Shown here: positions 24,108 to 36,025 of the stretch, in pieces
How positions within the stretch are numbered: the first letter of the stretch is position 1
Layout: the number at the start of each line of letters is the position of its first letter
Assembly: GCA_028534125.1 (NCBI GenBank)
Contig: CM052817.1
Span: 102,178,001 to 102,242,000 of the forward strand
Length of the DNA: 64,000 nt
Origin: Lama glama
Lineage: Eukaryota
Reading direction: 5' to 3'
The notes under the pieces: generated by a model
The model's database searches: none
Told to the model about the DNA's origin: nothing
The model's input: only the letters and a program-made list of their open reading frames with translations
Translations under genes and position numbers: made by a program

Positions 24108-24586
24108 CAGGCACATCTTGGAACCTTGGAGATGTTGCAGGTTCGATTCCAGATCATGGTAATAAAGCAAATATCATCATAAAGTGAGTCACACAGATTT
24201 TTTGGTTTCCCAGTGCATATAAAAGTTATGTTTACAATACACTGTAGTCTGGTACAATAGCATGATGTCTAAAAAATGTACATCCTTTAATTTAAGAATA
24301 TTTTCTTGCTAAAAAAATGCTAACCATTGTCTGAGCCTTCAGTGAGTCGTAATCGTTCTGCAGTAGTTACAACCAAGACTGCTGGTCGGGGATCACCATA
24401 ACAAAATGTAGTATTAATGAAAAGGTTTTAAATATCGTGAGAATCACCAAAATGCGACCAGAGACAAAATAAGCAAATACTGTGAAAAATGGCATTGATA
24501 GACTTGCTTAACATAGGGTTTCCACAGACTTTCAGTTCCTAAAAAATGCAATTATCTGAGAAGAGCAATGAAGCAAGGCATGCTGG
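24108..24586. mobile_element. Tigger2a/MER28-like Tc1-mariner non-autonomous element
   Basis: ta|caggca...ggagatgttgcaggttcgattccagatcatggtaataaagcaaatatc...ggcatgctgg|ta, with TA flanks and degenerate terminal inverted repeats. Confidence 0.85.
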
Positions 24587-24749
24587 TAAACTGACTACAT
24601 GAAGACGTTTAATTCGCCATTCCTACTCAAAACCAACGCCTACGTCTAGATTTGCATCTCAAAAACGCAACTCATTCAGGTGTCTTACTTAACAGCGGTC
24701 TTTCATTACAGGTCTAAGCTGGCAAAGGCTTTAAAAGGACAGTTTTTTT

Positions 24750-24909
24750 GGGGGGGAGGGTACAGCTCAGTGGTAGAGCACATGCTTAGCCTGCATGAGG
24801 TCCTGGGTTCAATCCTCTGCACCTCTATTAAATAAATAAATAAACAAACAAACAAACCTAATTAACCCCCCCAAAAAACAAAAATTTAAAAAAGAAAAAT
24901 GAAAAAAAT
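24750..24909 (+). mobile_element. Camelid tRNA-derived SINE, long form
   Basis: SINE head, acctaattaacc module and A tail. 14-bp TSD aaaggacagttttt at 24734-24747 and 24910-24923. Confidence 0.95.
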
Positions 24910-26029
24910 AAAGGACAGTTTTTCCTCTAACCTGATCAAATTCTTAGGACCTCACTCCCTGCTCTCACCTCCTTCTCGCTAATTGACGGGGAATAAAAAC
25001 CAGACTTCTTTTTCCCTTTTTCCGCATAAGCCCCTCAGTGTTCTGGTTTTTTCCATGCCTTCAAAACAGCATCTTAAGAGGAGATCTGGAGTTTCATGAA
25101 AGCTTTCATGATATCTGTCTTCTGGGAGAACTGGAAACAGAAACTGAGCAGTAAATGCTGGATTGTCATGCCTGAAAGCAGCTTCCATTTTCCACTCTGG
25201 ATTGATTTTAAAATATGGTATCATTCCCAGAGCGGTCAAGAAGAATTCGGCTTCTACCTACCCACCGTTTCCTTTGCTCCTAATCCTCCCCTCAAAGCAG
25301 ATGGCATGCAAGATTTTAACATTACAATCTGCCAAGCAATATGAAAAACTAGTCAGCACAAATCTGTTAATAGTTAGAAATATTCTATGGAAATACATTT
25401 TTAAGCACTGCACATTTCGGGGAAAAGCACATTATTTGAGGCGTGTCTCACTGCTGTACAATGTACAATGATGGTATTGGGGCACGGGGCTGAGGACTAC
25501 TAAGTCACACAGTGTGACCCATAGAAGGGCTGGAGTTGTGATGGATACAGACAGGAAGGTGGGCAGAAAAAGGACAACTGGGAATCATAGTAACTAAGTT
25601 TTGTTGAGTGCTTACTCATAAATAAACATTTTGTTACCATTTAGGGTGGCTATCTTGACATTCCAAGGAAATTAAAAAAAAAAAAAATACCACCCTAGAT
25701 GGGGAAAAGAGTTGAGAAGGAAGATGTAAATTCAAAGCCAGCAGAGGGAGTTGGTGGCAAAGGGATTCAGACACCAAAGCTGAATCCATAACTCGTCTAG
25801 GACTTCAGTGGTTGAGCAGTAAACAAAGTAAATTCCAGCTGTGCCCAGAATGTTCTGCTGAGGTTTTCAGAGCTCCAAGCTGTTTCACAACACTCAGGGA
25901 GACCTAGGGGTACCCCTGGAAACAAAGCGATAGAGAGGGAATTCCCAGCTGCTGTGAACAAGTTGCAAGAGAACATTAGTCCACAGGACGTTTCACCCTG
26001 TGCTGGAACCCCTTCCTTGGCCCTACACA

Positions 26030-29000
26030 ACGTATTTATCCATTCACCAGAAACATGTGTGTTGTTTCCAGTTTGGGGCTATGGCGAAAGAAGTTGCTAT
26101 GGATATTTTTGTATGTGTCTTTTTGTAGACAGATGTTTCCACTCTCTTTGGGTAAAAACCTAGACATGGAATTGCAGGGTCATGGGTAAGTGTATCTTTA
26201 ACTTCAGAAGAAACTACAGAACATTTCCCCCTTAGTATTTTACCAGCAACACATGAGAGTTTCAGCTGCCCCACATCCTTGTCAACACTGATGCCAATAG
26301 TCTTTTTAACTTTACCCATTCTAGTGGATGTAAATTAGTATATCATTATGATTTTAATTTTCTTCTCCCTGATGATTAATGATGCTGAACACCTTTCCAT
26401 AAATTTATCAAATATTCTTAGATGTCTTTTTTGTGTAAAGTGTCGGTTCAAGTATATTGCTTATTTTTTATTGACTTTGATATCTCAGTGTTGATTATAG
26501 TAATTTGGCAAATATATTCTCCCAGTACGTAGCTTATCTTTTCATTTTCTTAATGGTGTCGCTTGATGAACAGAACTTTTTAATTTTTATGAAGTTCACT
26601 TTACCAGTTTTTTTTTTTTCTTTATGGTTGAGCTTTTTGTGTCCTCTCTGAGAAATCTTCTTCTACCTCTAAAATGCAAAGGTATTCTCCTGTGTTTTCT
26701 TCTGGAAGTTTTAAAGTTTAGATTTTACATTTTGGTCTATGAGCAATTTCAAAATAATTTTGTGAAATAATGGTGTGAGATTGTGGTCAAGGTTTTCTCC
26801 ATACAGATATCCAATCATTCCACAATGACTTATTGAAAAGACTCTCCTCATTAAGGAAAAACAAAAATAAAAACAAAAAAAAAGAGAGAGAAAGAGAAGG
26901 AGAAGAAAGAAAAAAGAAAAAGAAAACACTTTCTTTTCACCATAGAATTGCCCTGGTATCTTTGTAAAAAATAATTGTGATCTTCTCTTTCTGGACTCCA
27001 ATTTTGTTCCACTGATTAATTTCTCTGTGTTTATGCCAACACTCTACTACTCTCTTGATTACTATGGCTTTATCCAAAGTGTTGAATCAGGGCAAATCTT
27101 TCAACTATTTTTTGTTTGTTTGTTTTTCCAAAAATGTTTGGCTATTCTAGATTCTTTGTATTACCATACAGATTTTAGAATCAACTTGCAACTTTTATCA
27201 AATAAGCCTATTGGAATATTGTTTGGAATGATGGTAAAGCTATAGATCAATTAGGAAGAAGTGGTATCTTAACAGTATTAAGTTGACTAATCTATGAACA
27301 TTGTATATCTATTTATTTACAGCTTCTTAATTTTTTCTCCACAAAGTTTTGTAGTTTTCACTGTACAGGTCCTACAATCTTTTATTAAATTTATTCCTAA
27401 GTATTTTCTTTTTGGCATGATTTAAAAGTTAAATTAAAAATTTTTCACTTACTGTTTTTTATTGCAAATATATACAAAAAAATTGTTTTTTGTATATTAA
27501 CCTTGTATTCTGGGATCTTGCTAAATTCACTTGTTAGCGAATTTTTATATATGTTTTTAGGGTCTTCTACATAAACAATCATGTCATTTGTAGATAAGAC
27601 TTTCACTTTATCTTGTCCAATCTTTTGCCTTTTATTTCTTTTTCTTACCTTACTGCTCTGGTAAGGACTTCATAGCACAGTACTGAACAAAAGTGGCAAG
27701 ACTAAACATTCTTGCCTTTTTCCTGATTTTAAGAGGAAAGCATTGTCTCTCACCATTAGGTATGAAGTTAGTGATAACTTTCTTGTAGATGTCCTTTACT
27801 AGGTCCTACTTCCAGATTGTTCCAGGTTTTGTTTTTTTTTTAATATTGAATAAGTGTTGAATTTTGTTAAATATGTTTTCTATATTTCTTGAGATGGTCA
27901 TATACATTTTTCTTTTTTTTCTGTTAAGGTAGCTAATTTACACAGATTTTCAAATGTTGAACAACTTTGTACATGATAAACCCCACTTGGTTTTATTATC
28001 CTTTTCATGTATCATTGGATTTGATTTTCTAATACTTTGTTGAAGATTTTTGTATCTATGTTCATGAAAGATACTGGTTGTAATCTTGTTTACTTACAAT
28101 GTTTTGATCAGGTTTTGATGTCAGGATTATCCTGGGCTCATCACTTGTGTTGGAAAACATTTCCTCATTCTCTGTTTTATGAATTTATCTGATATTGATA
28201 TTTATTCTTTCTCAAACATCTGATAGAATTCACCCATAATACCATCTGAGCCTGAAGATTTTTTATTTTGAGGGAGACGGGTGAGTAGTTATTATATTCT
28301 ATTTCTTAACTAAATATAGAGCTACTGAGATTTTTCATTTTTTTGCGTTAGTTTTGTAAAGTGGTTATTTGTCCATTTCACAGAGGTTGTGAAATTTATT
28401 GACATGAAATTTAACATAGTATTTTTTAACACATGTAGAATATGTAATAATATCCTTATTTTCATTCTTACTATTGATATTTCATTTTTTTCTTTTTTTC
28501 TTGATTATTCTTGCTAGGAGCTAATCATTTTAATAATCTTTTCAATTCTTTCAAATGGTAATTTTCTTGGATACTTTATGAAATTCTGCTTTTCTCATTA
28601 TAATTCCCTTCCTCTGTGTGCAACTTTGCTCCATCTTACACCTTTATTCTTCTGTAGGTGTGTAAAACAATGCATTTGTCTCTAGTAACTGCTTTAACTG
28701 CATCCTACAAATTTTAATGTATTTTCCTTCAGTTCGAAGTATTTTCTGCTCTCCTTTTCAATTTCTTCACTGACATATGGATTATTTAATAGTGTCTTTA
28801 CTTAATTTCAAATGTTTGGGGTTTTTCCCTGGAAATCCTATTGCTATTGACTTTAACTTAATTTCATTTGTGGTCAGAGAACATGATCTCTATGATTTAA
28901 ATCTTTTAAATGTCTTGAGATTTATTTACAGCCCAGCACTTCATCTATGATGTTGAACATTCCACATGTACATGAAAATAATGTGTGTTCTGCAATTGCT

Positions 29001-30060
29001 AGACATCAGATTCTATAAAGGCCAGTTCTGTCCAGTGGAGGGGAGGGTTGTTTAAATCTATGTATATAGAGAGAGAGATTTTTCTTTTGTCTACTTGATC
29101 CATCAATTACTGAGAAGAGCTGTTAAAATCTCTAACTTGTATATTTTATTTCTCCCTTTAGTTCTGTAAAATTTTTGCCTCAAGTAATAATTCTATTATT
29201 ATTGCGTGTTCAGGATTTTATGTCTCCATAACGAATTGCCCTTTTATCATTGTGAAATGTCCTCCTTGATCTGTGATCGTTTTTCTTTACTTCACCTGAA
29301 AAGATGAAGCCACACCGGCTTTCTTTTGCTTATTGTCTATATAGTTTACCTTTCAGCCTTTGTTCCCTGCTTTGTATGTGTCTCCCCTGCCACTTCTGGC
29401 CACTTTCATGACATCCTCATTTTTCATTTTTGGCACTTAGATGATGATATACCTAAGGGTGTATCTGTTTTTATTTACCTTGCTTGGGATTTGCTGAATT
29501 TTTAGATATGCACAATGATGTTTGCCTCCAAAACTGGGGACTTTTTAGCCCTATTTCTTGAAATATATATATTTTTGTATTGCCCCATTCACTCTCTTTT
29601 CCCTCAGGGACTCCAATTATGTGTATAATAAATGGCATTGTCCCAGAGGTCACTAGGCTCCATTCATTTTTTTAAATCTATTTTCTTTCCATTCTTCAGA
29701 ATGAATTCTTAATTTCAGGTATTGTTTCAGAGATTTTCATTTCTAGAGTTTCCATGTAGATCATGTTCATAGACTCTGTTTTGGGGTTGACATTCCCATA
29801 TGTCCCATCATTAAGACCAACCTTTCCTTTAAGTCCTTAAACATATTTATAACAGCTGTTCTGGTCCGTGTCTGCTCAATTTAACCTCTGGGTCTTCTTG
29901 GGGTCCATTCTTCTCGTCACATTTTCCAGCTCTTCATGTTTGATGAGTTTTTTTTTTTAATTGTACACTGGGTGTTGTGTGTGACACATTGTAAAGGGCC
30001 TGAATTGTGCCGTCTTCCTTTAAAGAGCTGGCATTTTGTTCTGAGGCGATGGCCCTTTCT
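26030..30060 (-). mobile_element. Long, degenerate old L1M (ORF2, with probable ORF1 region at the right end)
   Basis: About 4 kb of T-rich antisense L1 sequence. Peptide remnants HDPAIPCLGFYPK and IHIIGVPEG on the minus strand. Confidence 0.85.
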
Positions 30061-31342
30061 TGAGGGGGTTGTTCTTATTCCTCGGATGTGGACTTCCTGC
30101 GATCTCAGAGGAATGCCCAAGTGTTCAGTGCAGTACCCCCACCTCTGAGATGGCGCATCTTCCAGCCCAGGATGAACTCGGGTCTCTCACTGTTGGCTGG
30201 CCTCTCCCCAGCACTTGCTCCCGGCTGCTCCTCACAGAATCTTGGCCTGCAAGTGCACAGCCCAGGCCTGGGCCACAGACCTCTGTTAAACACCCATACA
30301 GATTTTGGGTCCCTTCTGGGCTACTTCCTTGTCTCCAGTCCTCTACCCACAACGTTTAGCAGCTCCAAACCCCAGTTACTGCCTCCCTGTTCAGCAAGAC
30401 TACTGTTCTCTCAGGCTCCTTCTCATGTTCCCACAGTTAGAAACGAGTCAGGGCAAACAAAGGGCTCATCTCCTGTGCATCTCTGCTCTGACACCTGCAA
30501 ACAGCTGTCTCACATATTCTGTCTGGTCTGATAGCTGTTTCTGGAGGGAGGATTACTCCGTTGTGGCTGGAAGTGCAAATGATAGCCCAGAGTGTTTTTC
30601 TTGTGAGAACCGACCCAGCACAAGAATGTGAAGGACTAAATTCCTTCATCTCATTACATCTTATGCCGAGAAGACTTTTGGAATCCTGACAAATCTGTAT
30701 GACATCGTCTTCTCTCAGAGGGATTCTGTTTTCTACTTACTCGTGGCAAGTGAATCTCTTCTGAGTTTCAGCCCTGATCCCAACGCCATTCCTTCTTTTG
30801 TTATTGTGTTGGACAGCCTCAGCAGTTTCCCAGCTGCCCGTGATCGCACACACCGAAGTTGCTCTTGACACATTCTGGAGCTGGGGTGTGAGTGGCCAAC
30901 TTGGAAAGGAAGCAGTCTACATCAGGTTCCCATCTTCTTCTCCTCTGGGTTCTGCATCTCTCGCCAGAGAAGGAAGATACGACAGTTCCACCAAATCCAT
31001 TCCCACATGAAGGCAGCTGCGTACCAAATCTGCCAGAAGAGTGGAGGTGCCCTCCCGCCTGAGACCTGGGCAGTTCTGAGACTGCACAACACATACTGGG
31101 ATTCAGTCAGCCAGACAATCAGTGGTCACAGAAATCCCCTTCATGACAATAAAGAAGACAGGATACACACACAAGTGTCCAAATTCTGGTCCCAAGGGGG
31201 TGTTTGCTTGGAATCCAAGGTCCTTTACCTCCTCTCCCACTACAAGACCTTTTTCACTTATTCCAGAACTGACTTCCGTAGACTGAGTCACATCTACCTT
31301 AATTTCTGGTTCAAAAAGTATCTCACGTCTGGTCTTCATTAG

Positions 31343-31512
31343 TTTTTTTTTTTGAAGTAGAGTTGAATTACAATGCTGTGTTAGTTTCTTGTGTACAGCA
31401 TAGTGATTCAGTTACATATATGTATATATTCCTTTTCATATTCTTTTTCCAGATAGGCTATTACAAGGTTCTGAATATAGTTCCCTGTGCTACACAGTAG
31501 GACCTTGTTGTT
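31343..31512 (-). mobile_element. Short L1 3' end
   Basis: polyT, then gaagtagagttgaattacaatgctgtgttagtttcttgtgtacagcatagtgattcagttac...aatatagttccctgtgctacacagtaggaccttgttg. Confidence 0.85.
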
Positions 31513-31767
31513 TGGTCTTGTTAATTTGACGCAAGAAGGCTACTGTGCTTTCCTCTTGTTTTTTAATGTCGACCCCAATCTGCCTCACCAAGAGCAAAAA
31601 CTCAGAGGCTTCACAGGTGTGCGGTGAAGCGGAGTTTATGTGCAAAGTGAACTAGAACAGACTCTCGTGTAGACTTCGTCCAAGCAGACATTCCAAACTG
31701 AATAGACACAGACAACTTTTCTCGCTTTCTTGCTGACTAGCAGTTAGAGTCTTAAAAAAAAAAAAAA

Positions 31768-32095
31768 GTGGGTGGAGAATTGGATGAAGGCAGTAAAAAA
31801 GCACAAACTTCCCGTTTTAATAAGACACATAAGCACTAGGGATGTAATGTACAACATAATAAATATAATTAACACTGCTGTAAGTTATATGTGAAAGTTG
31901 TAACAAGAATAAATCCTAAGAGTCCTCATTACAAGAAGAAAATTTTTTCTGTCTTTAATTTTGTACCTGTAGGAGATGATGGGTGTTCACTAAACTTGTG
32001 ATAACCACTTCGTGATGTATGTAAGTCAAACTGGTGTGCTGTACCCCTTAAACTTATACGGTGCTGGATGTCAATTACATCTCAATAAAACTCTA
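31768..32095 (+). mobile_element. L1MA-like 3' end
   Basis: ggatgaaggcagtaaaaaagcacaaacttcc...tgtcaattacatctcaataaaac. Confidence 0.8.
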
Positions 32096-32724
32096 AGGAC
32101 AAAGAAGTCCTGGGAATGCTCTGCCTATCCACATGCTCGTTTTAGAGCAGTCACACAGTCCAGCCCAGCAAAGAGGTCCTGGTAGCCTTCATCAGAGGCA
32201 AAGAGCACAGACAGTGACTGTCCCTGGCGATGTCAGTGAGATCCTCGACACAAACGGAGTCTCTTTTCCCTTTGGTCTTCTGTACATGCTTCCTTTCTCT
32301 GGGGTCTGGAAGAAAGCCAGCTGTACCAGTGCTTGCAAAGCCTGCTTACTGCAAGCTCTACAGCAGTGGTCTCAGAGGAAGCACTTTCTGTTGGTGGGAC
32401 AGGGCAGAAGCCCGTCTCCAAGCATTCCCGTTACTACATCTGCATTTTCTCCTTCTTCCAGACCCCCTCCCTTCCCCATCTCCTTCCAAAAGCTAGAGTT
32501 TTTGAAACTGGACCCCGCCCGCTGCTCCTCCCCAGATACAGCCCATCTCCCACCCTCAGCCCACCCATGTCACAGGCAGGACCTCCGGGATCTACGCAAC
32601 AGCCTCTTTCACGCCGTGTGGAGTTGATATGGATTTAACCATGGAAAGCAAGGTTAAAGATGAGAACATTGACACTAATAGCACCTGAAGATTAACTTCT
32701 CAAATACCTAGATTGCAAGACTTT

Positions 32725-33224
32725 NNNNNNNNNNNNNNNNNNNNNNNNNNNNNNNNNNNNNNNNNNNNNNNNNNNNNNNNNNNNNNNNNNNNNNNNNNNN
32801 NNNNNNNNNNNNNNNNNNNNNNNNNNNNNNNNNNNNNNNNNNNNNNNNNNNNNNNNNNNNNNNNNNNNNNNNNNNNNNNNNNNNNNNNNNNNNNNNNNNN
32901 NNNNNNNNNNNNNNNNNNNNNNNNNNNNNNNNNNNNNNNNNNNNNNNNNNNNNNNNNNNNNNNNNNNNNNNNNNNNNNNNNNNNNNNNNNNNNNNNNNNN
33001 NNNNNNNNNNNNNNNNNNNNNNNNNNNNNNNNNNNNNNNNNNNNNNNNNNNNNNNNNNNNNNNNNNNNNNNNNNNNNNNNNNNNNNNNNNNNNNNNNNNN
33101 NNNNNNNNNNNNNNNNNNNNNNNNNNNNNNNNNNNNNNNNNNNNNNNNNNNNNNNNNNNNNNNNNNNNNNNNNNNNNNNNNNNNNNNNNNNNNNNNNNNN
33201 NNNNNNNNNNNNNNNNNNNNNNNN
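32725..33224. other. Assembly gap (500 N)
   Basis: Run of N. Confidence 1.
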
Positions 33225-34149
33225 AATCTCAGGCACACTTGACATGCAGTAGGTTATCAATCAATTTCACATTTTAACAAAAGAATGATTCTTTTAGAAC
33301 AGTCAGACACACCGTCGTAGGGCCAAAATGTGAAGATCATTTTGGTAATTCCTTGTCTGAAAGCTTTAATGTATTCTTCGCAAGACAAACCAAGTCTTCT
33401 TGAATAAGACAGTGTCTGGTATATAAAGTGCTCAATAAGTGTTCGCTGTTATTATGATGATCCTGTTGAATTACTGAGAGACCATCTGGAATGATAAAGT
33501 TGAAACTGAACTCCCTGAGCAAGAGCATGGTCTTGTTCAATGCAGTGCCTTCTTGTAGCTGTGCAAACAGTAGGTGCTCATTAAGTGCTTGCTGAAAGCA
33601 ACAGAGGTGAAGAGGAAGGGGAAAGAGGAAGCCGAGGGAAAGGAAGAGAGAGAGGGAGAAAGGAAGCTAGCAAGGACCCACAAATATGATTTCTGCACTG
33701 AGAGGAAGTTAAGAAGGGAGTAGGTTTATTTTAAGTACAAGTCTATGAGTCTAAAAGGATGGCAGAATCATCCAACCACTTTAGCCAAATTATTCCCCAA
33801 ATAGGTCCCATCTGTGCACTTTGGCCCATGACATTTTATAGTCCTGGAATGTTTCCTTCTTCTTTCTCCACAATTAACACTCTATCCATTCCTTAAGCTC
33901 AACCGCAATTACATTGAATCCATGAAATGTTTCATCTTCCAAAATAGAAGCAATCCCTTCTTGTTCTCCAATGCAAGAGTGATGGTGTATACCACTTTTA
34001 TCACCTATTACCAGTTTTATGTTGCTAGTTATCTTTTCATACGCTTATTTTTGATCACTTCAAATAAACTGTAAGTGCCTTTCTGGCAGAATCAATACAA
34101 CATTTGAGATCGTCAACCACTGCACGTTCCATGTAATGATCCGCTTTGC

Positions 34150-34545
34150 TTTGGTGCTGGAAGTCTGCCCTGCCCCTCGAGGTCCACACTGTCCACCTCT
34201 CTCCCCCGTGCTCTGTGCCCTGGCTCCCTTGCCATGTGATTTGCAGTGGGTTAGGCCAGTGGGGAACCCATGAGGTGGGCAACTTGCTTCCACAGGTACC
34301 TCCCTGCAGAGACCCAAGGGCTGGCTGAGACCCCCACTGAAGGTCAGAGCATCCGTCTCCACCTGGTCCTCTCCACCCTTCAGGGAATTGGGTCCTCCGC
34401 TTCAGGGTTTGCCTCTGTCCCCAGCCTCAAAGTCCTCCATTAATTTCTGCCCAAATCTTTGTAAACAGAACTTTTATTACACTTTTCTCAAATCGTTACA
34501 ACTTAAGTACATATTCTGTTTCTTCCTGGGAGCCTGATAAATACA
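34150..34545. mobile_element. ERVL LTR (LTR33-like) relic
   Basis: ctctgtgccctggctcccttgcc...ttaggccagtggggaaccc...ctgtttcttcctgggagcctgataaataca. Confidence 0.55.
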
Positions 34546-35924
34546 TTTGCTTTATTTTCCTCTTTGCACTTAATAGCTGAAGTAATCATATTCATTTATG
34601 TGTTTATTTACTGAGTTTTATACTTCCTCCCCCCCAAAAAAATAAAGCCTCATTGTCTTGTTCACCATTATTACCCTCAGCTTCTAGAACAGTGCCAGAT
34701 AGAGAGCAGGCAGTCAATGAATACTTGTTGAATAAATCAGCAAAATCTCTATCTATATATATTCCAATTCAGAGGAATACTGCTGTGTTTAAGAGATGAT
34801 TTCAAAACACTAAGTCAGTTATTCAATCATTTTTTCAAGGTTTAGAACAAAGTGCTAACTCAGCCTGAATATAGCATTTCTTGAAACTCAATCAAATCAC
34901 AAAATGCTTAACTCTGTACATCATTTTCCTGAAGTTTAGCTTCTAACATTAGTAAAAGAAAAGCAGAAAAATCATAGAGAGTATAACACAGAACGAGAAC
35001 AAGAAGACGACTTCTCTGACATCTCAAGACGTAGGCGCTGACTGGATGCTCTGCGCCGTCACGTGCTCTCAGATCCCACGGTAGCTCCATCCACTTCCAG
35101 AGCAACTAGTTTATCACCACACAGGGGAACTAGGGAAAAATCAAACTTGAAAAATGTTTATAAATCTGGCCAGTGTTTCCAGGTGTAACACTATTATGTC
35201 TCTGTTATTGCTGTTCTTGTTTTTGTTTTTGTTTTAATCTCAAAGCTGGAGGCCAAGAAGAAGGAAGTAGATGTCCGCTCAGTTCCTCGCTGCACCTTCT
35301 TACACAATCTTGGCAACAGTTCACACTTGCAGTCAGCTTTATTCATTTTATTTCCCAGATGTTTTTACACTCCAAAGCCAAAACCAACACGCATCGCTCC
35401 TTCTCTGTTCACCTCAGCTCCCCGTCTGGTCCCTTCTGCCCTCCGGGTACAGCTCCCAGATGCTGGTTCATTACCGTATTTACAGGGGCACTCACAGCGG
35501 CGGCCTCTGTGTGAAGTCAGGCGAATGGGGTTCCCATGGCTAAAGCCACCTGAAGATCACCATCGCCTCCTCAGAACAGTCAGTCCCAAGTGTGTGGCTC
35601 ATCAGTGGGACAAGGAACTCAGAGTCATTCTTCCCCATTTACACCGTGGACTCCCATGTGTAACTGTGTGCAGATTTTTGACAGGTTAATGTGCAAGATT
35701 AGTAACCCTCCCCAGACTTTCTTGGCCAAACTAGAGAACTATTTATTTTCAAGCCAAAGCACTTGGTTCTCATCAACGGTTGCTGGACTTAGCTCCGTCA
35801 CAGCACCTGTGGCCCCTGTGAGCTGCTTTAAGGCTGGAACCTTGTGATATTTTTGGACCTCGGACAAGAAAACCCTCAAACATTGGTAGACTGCTCACAT
35901 TAACTGGTTCTAGAAATCAGATTG

Positions 35925-36025
35925 TGCCCTGTAATATTTGGAATGCACTTATACTTAAGGTATAAACTGTTGTTTATCTGAATTTCAAACTTAACTAGCT
36001 ATCCTGTATTTTAATTTGCTAAATC
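35925..36025. mobile_element. MER53-like hAT fragment
   Basis: aatatttggaatgcacttatact...ttgtttatctgaatttcaaacttaactagctatcctgtatttt. Confidence 0.55.

Noticed and set aside
32700..33260. 176-186 aa ORFs
   Set aside because: Artefacts of the 500-N gap. The same applies to 42710-43068.
35030..35075. CpG-containing patch with GTCACGTG E-box as a possible enhancer
   Set aside because: A single short motif is expected by chance in 64 kb, and no conservation or chromatin data are available.
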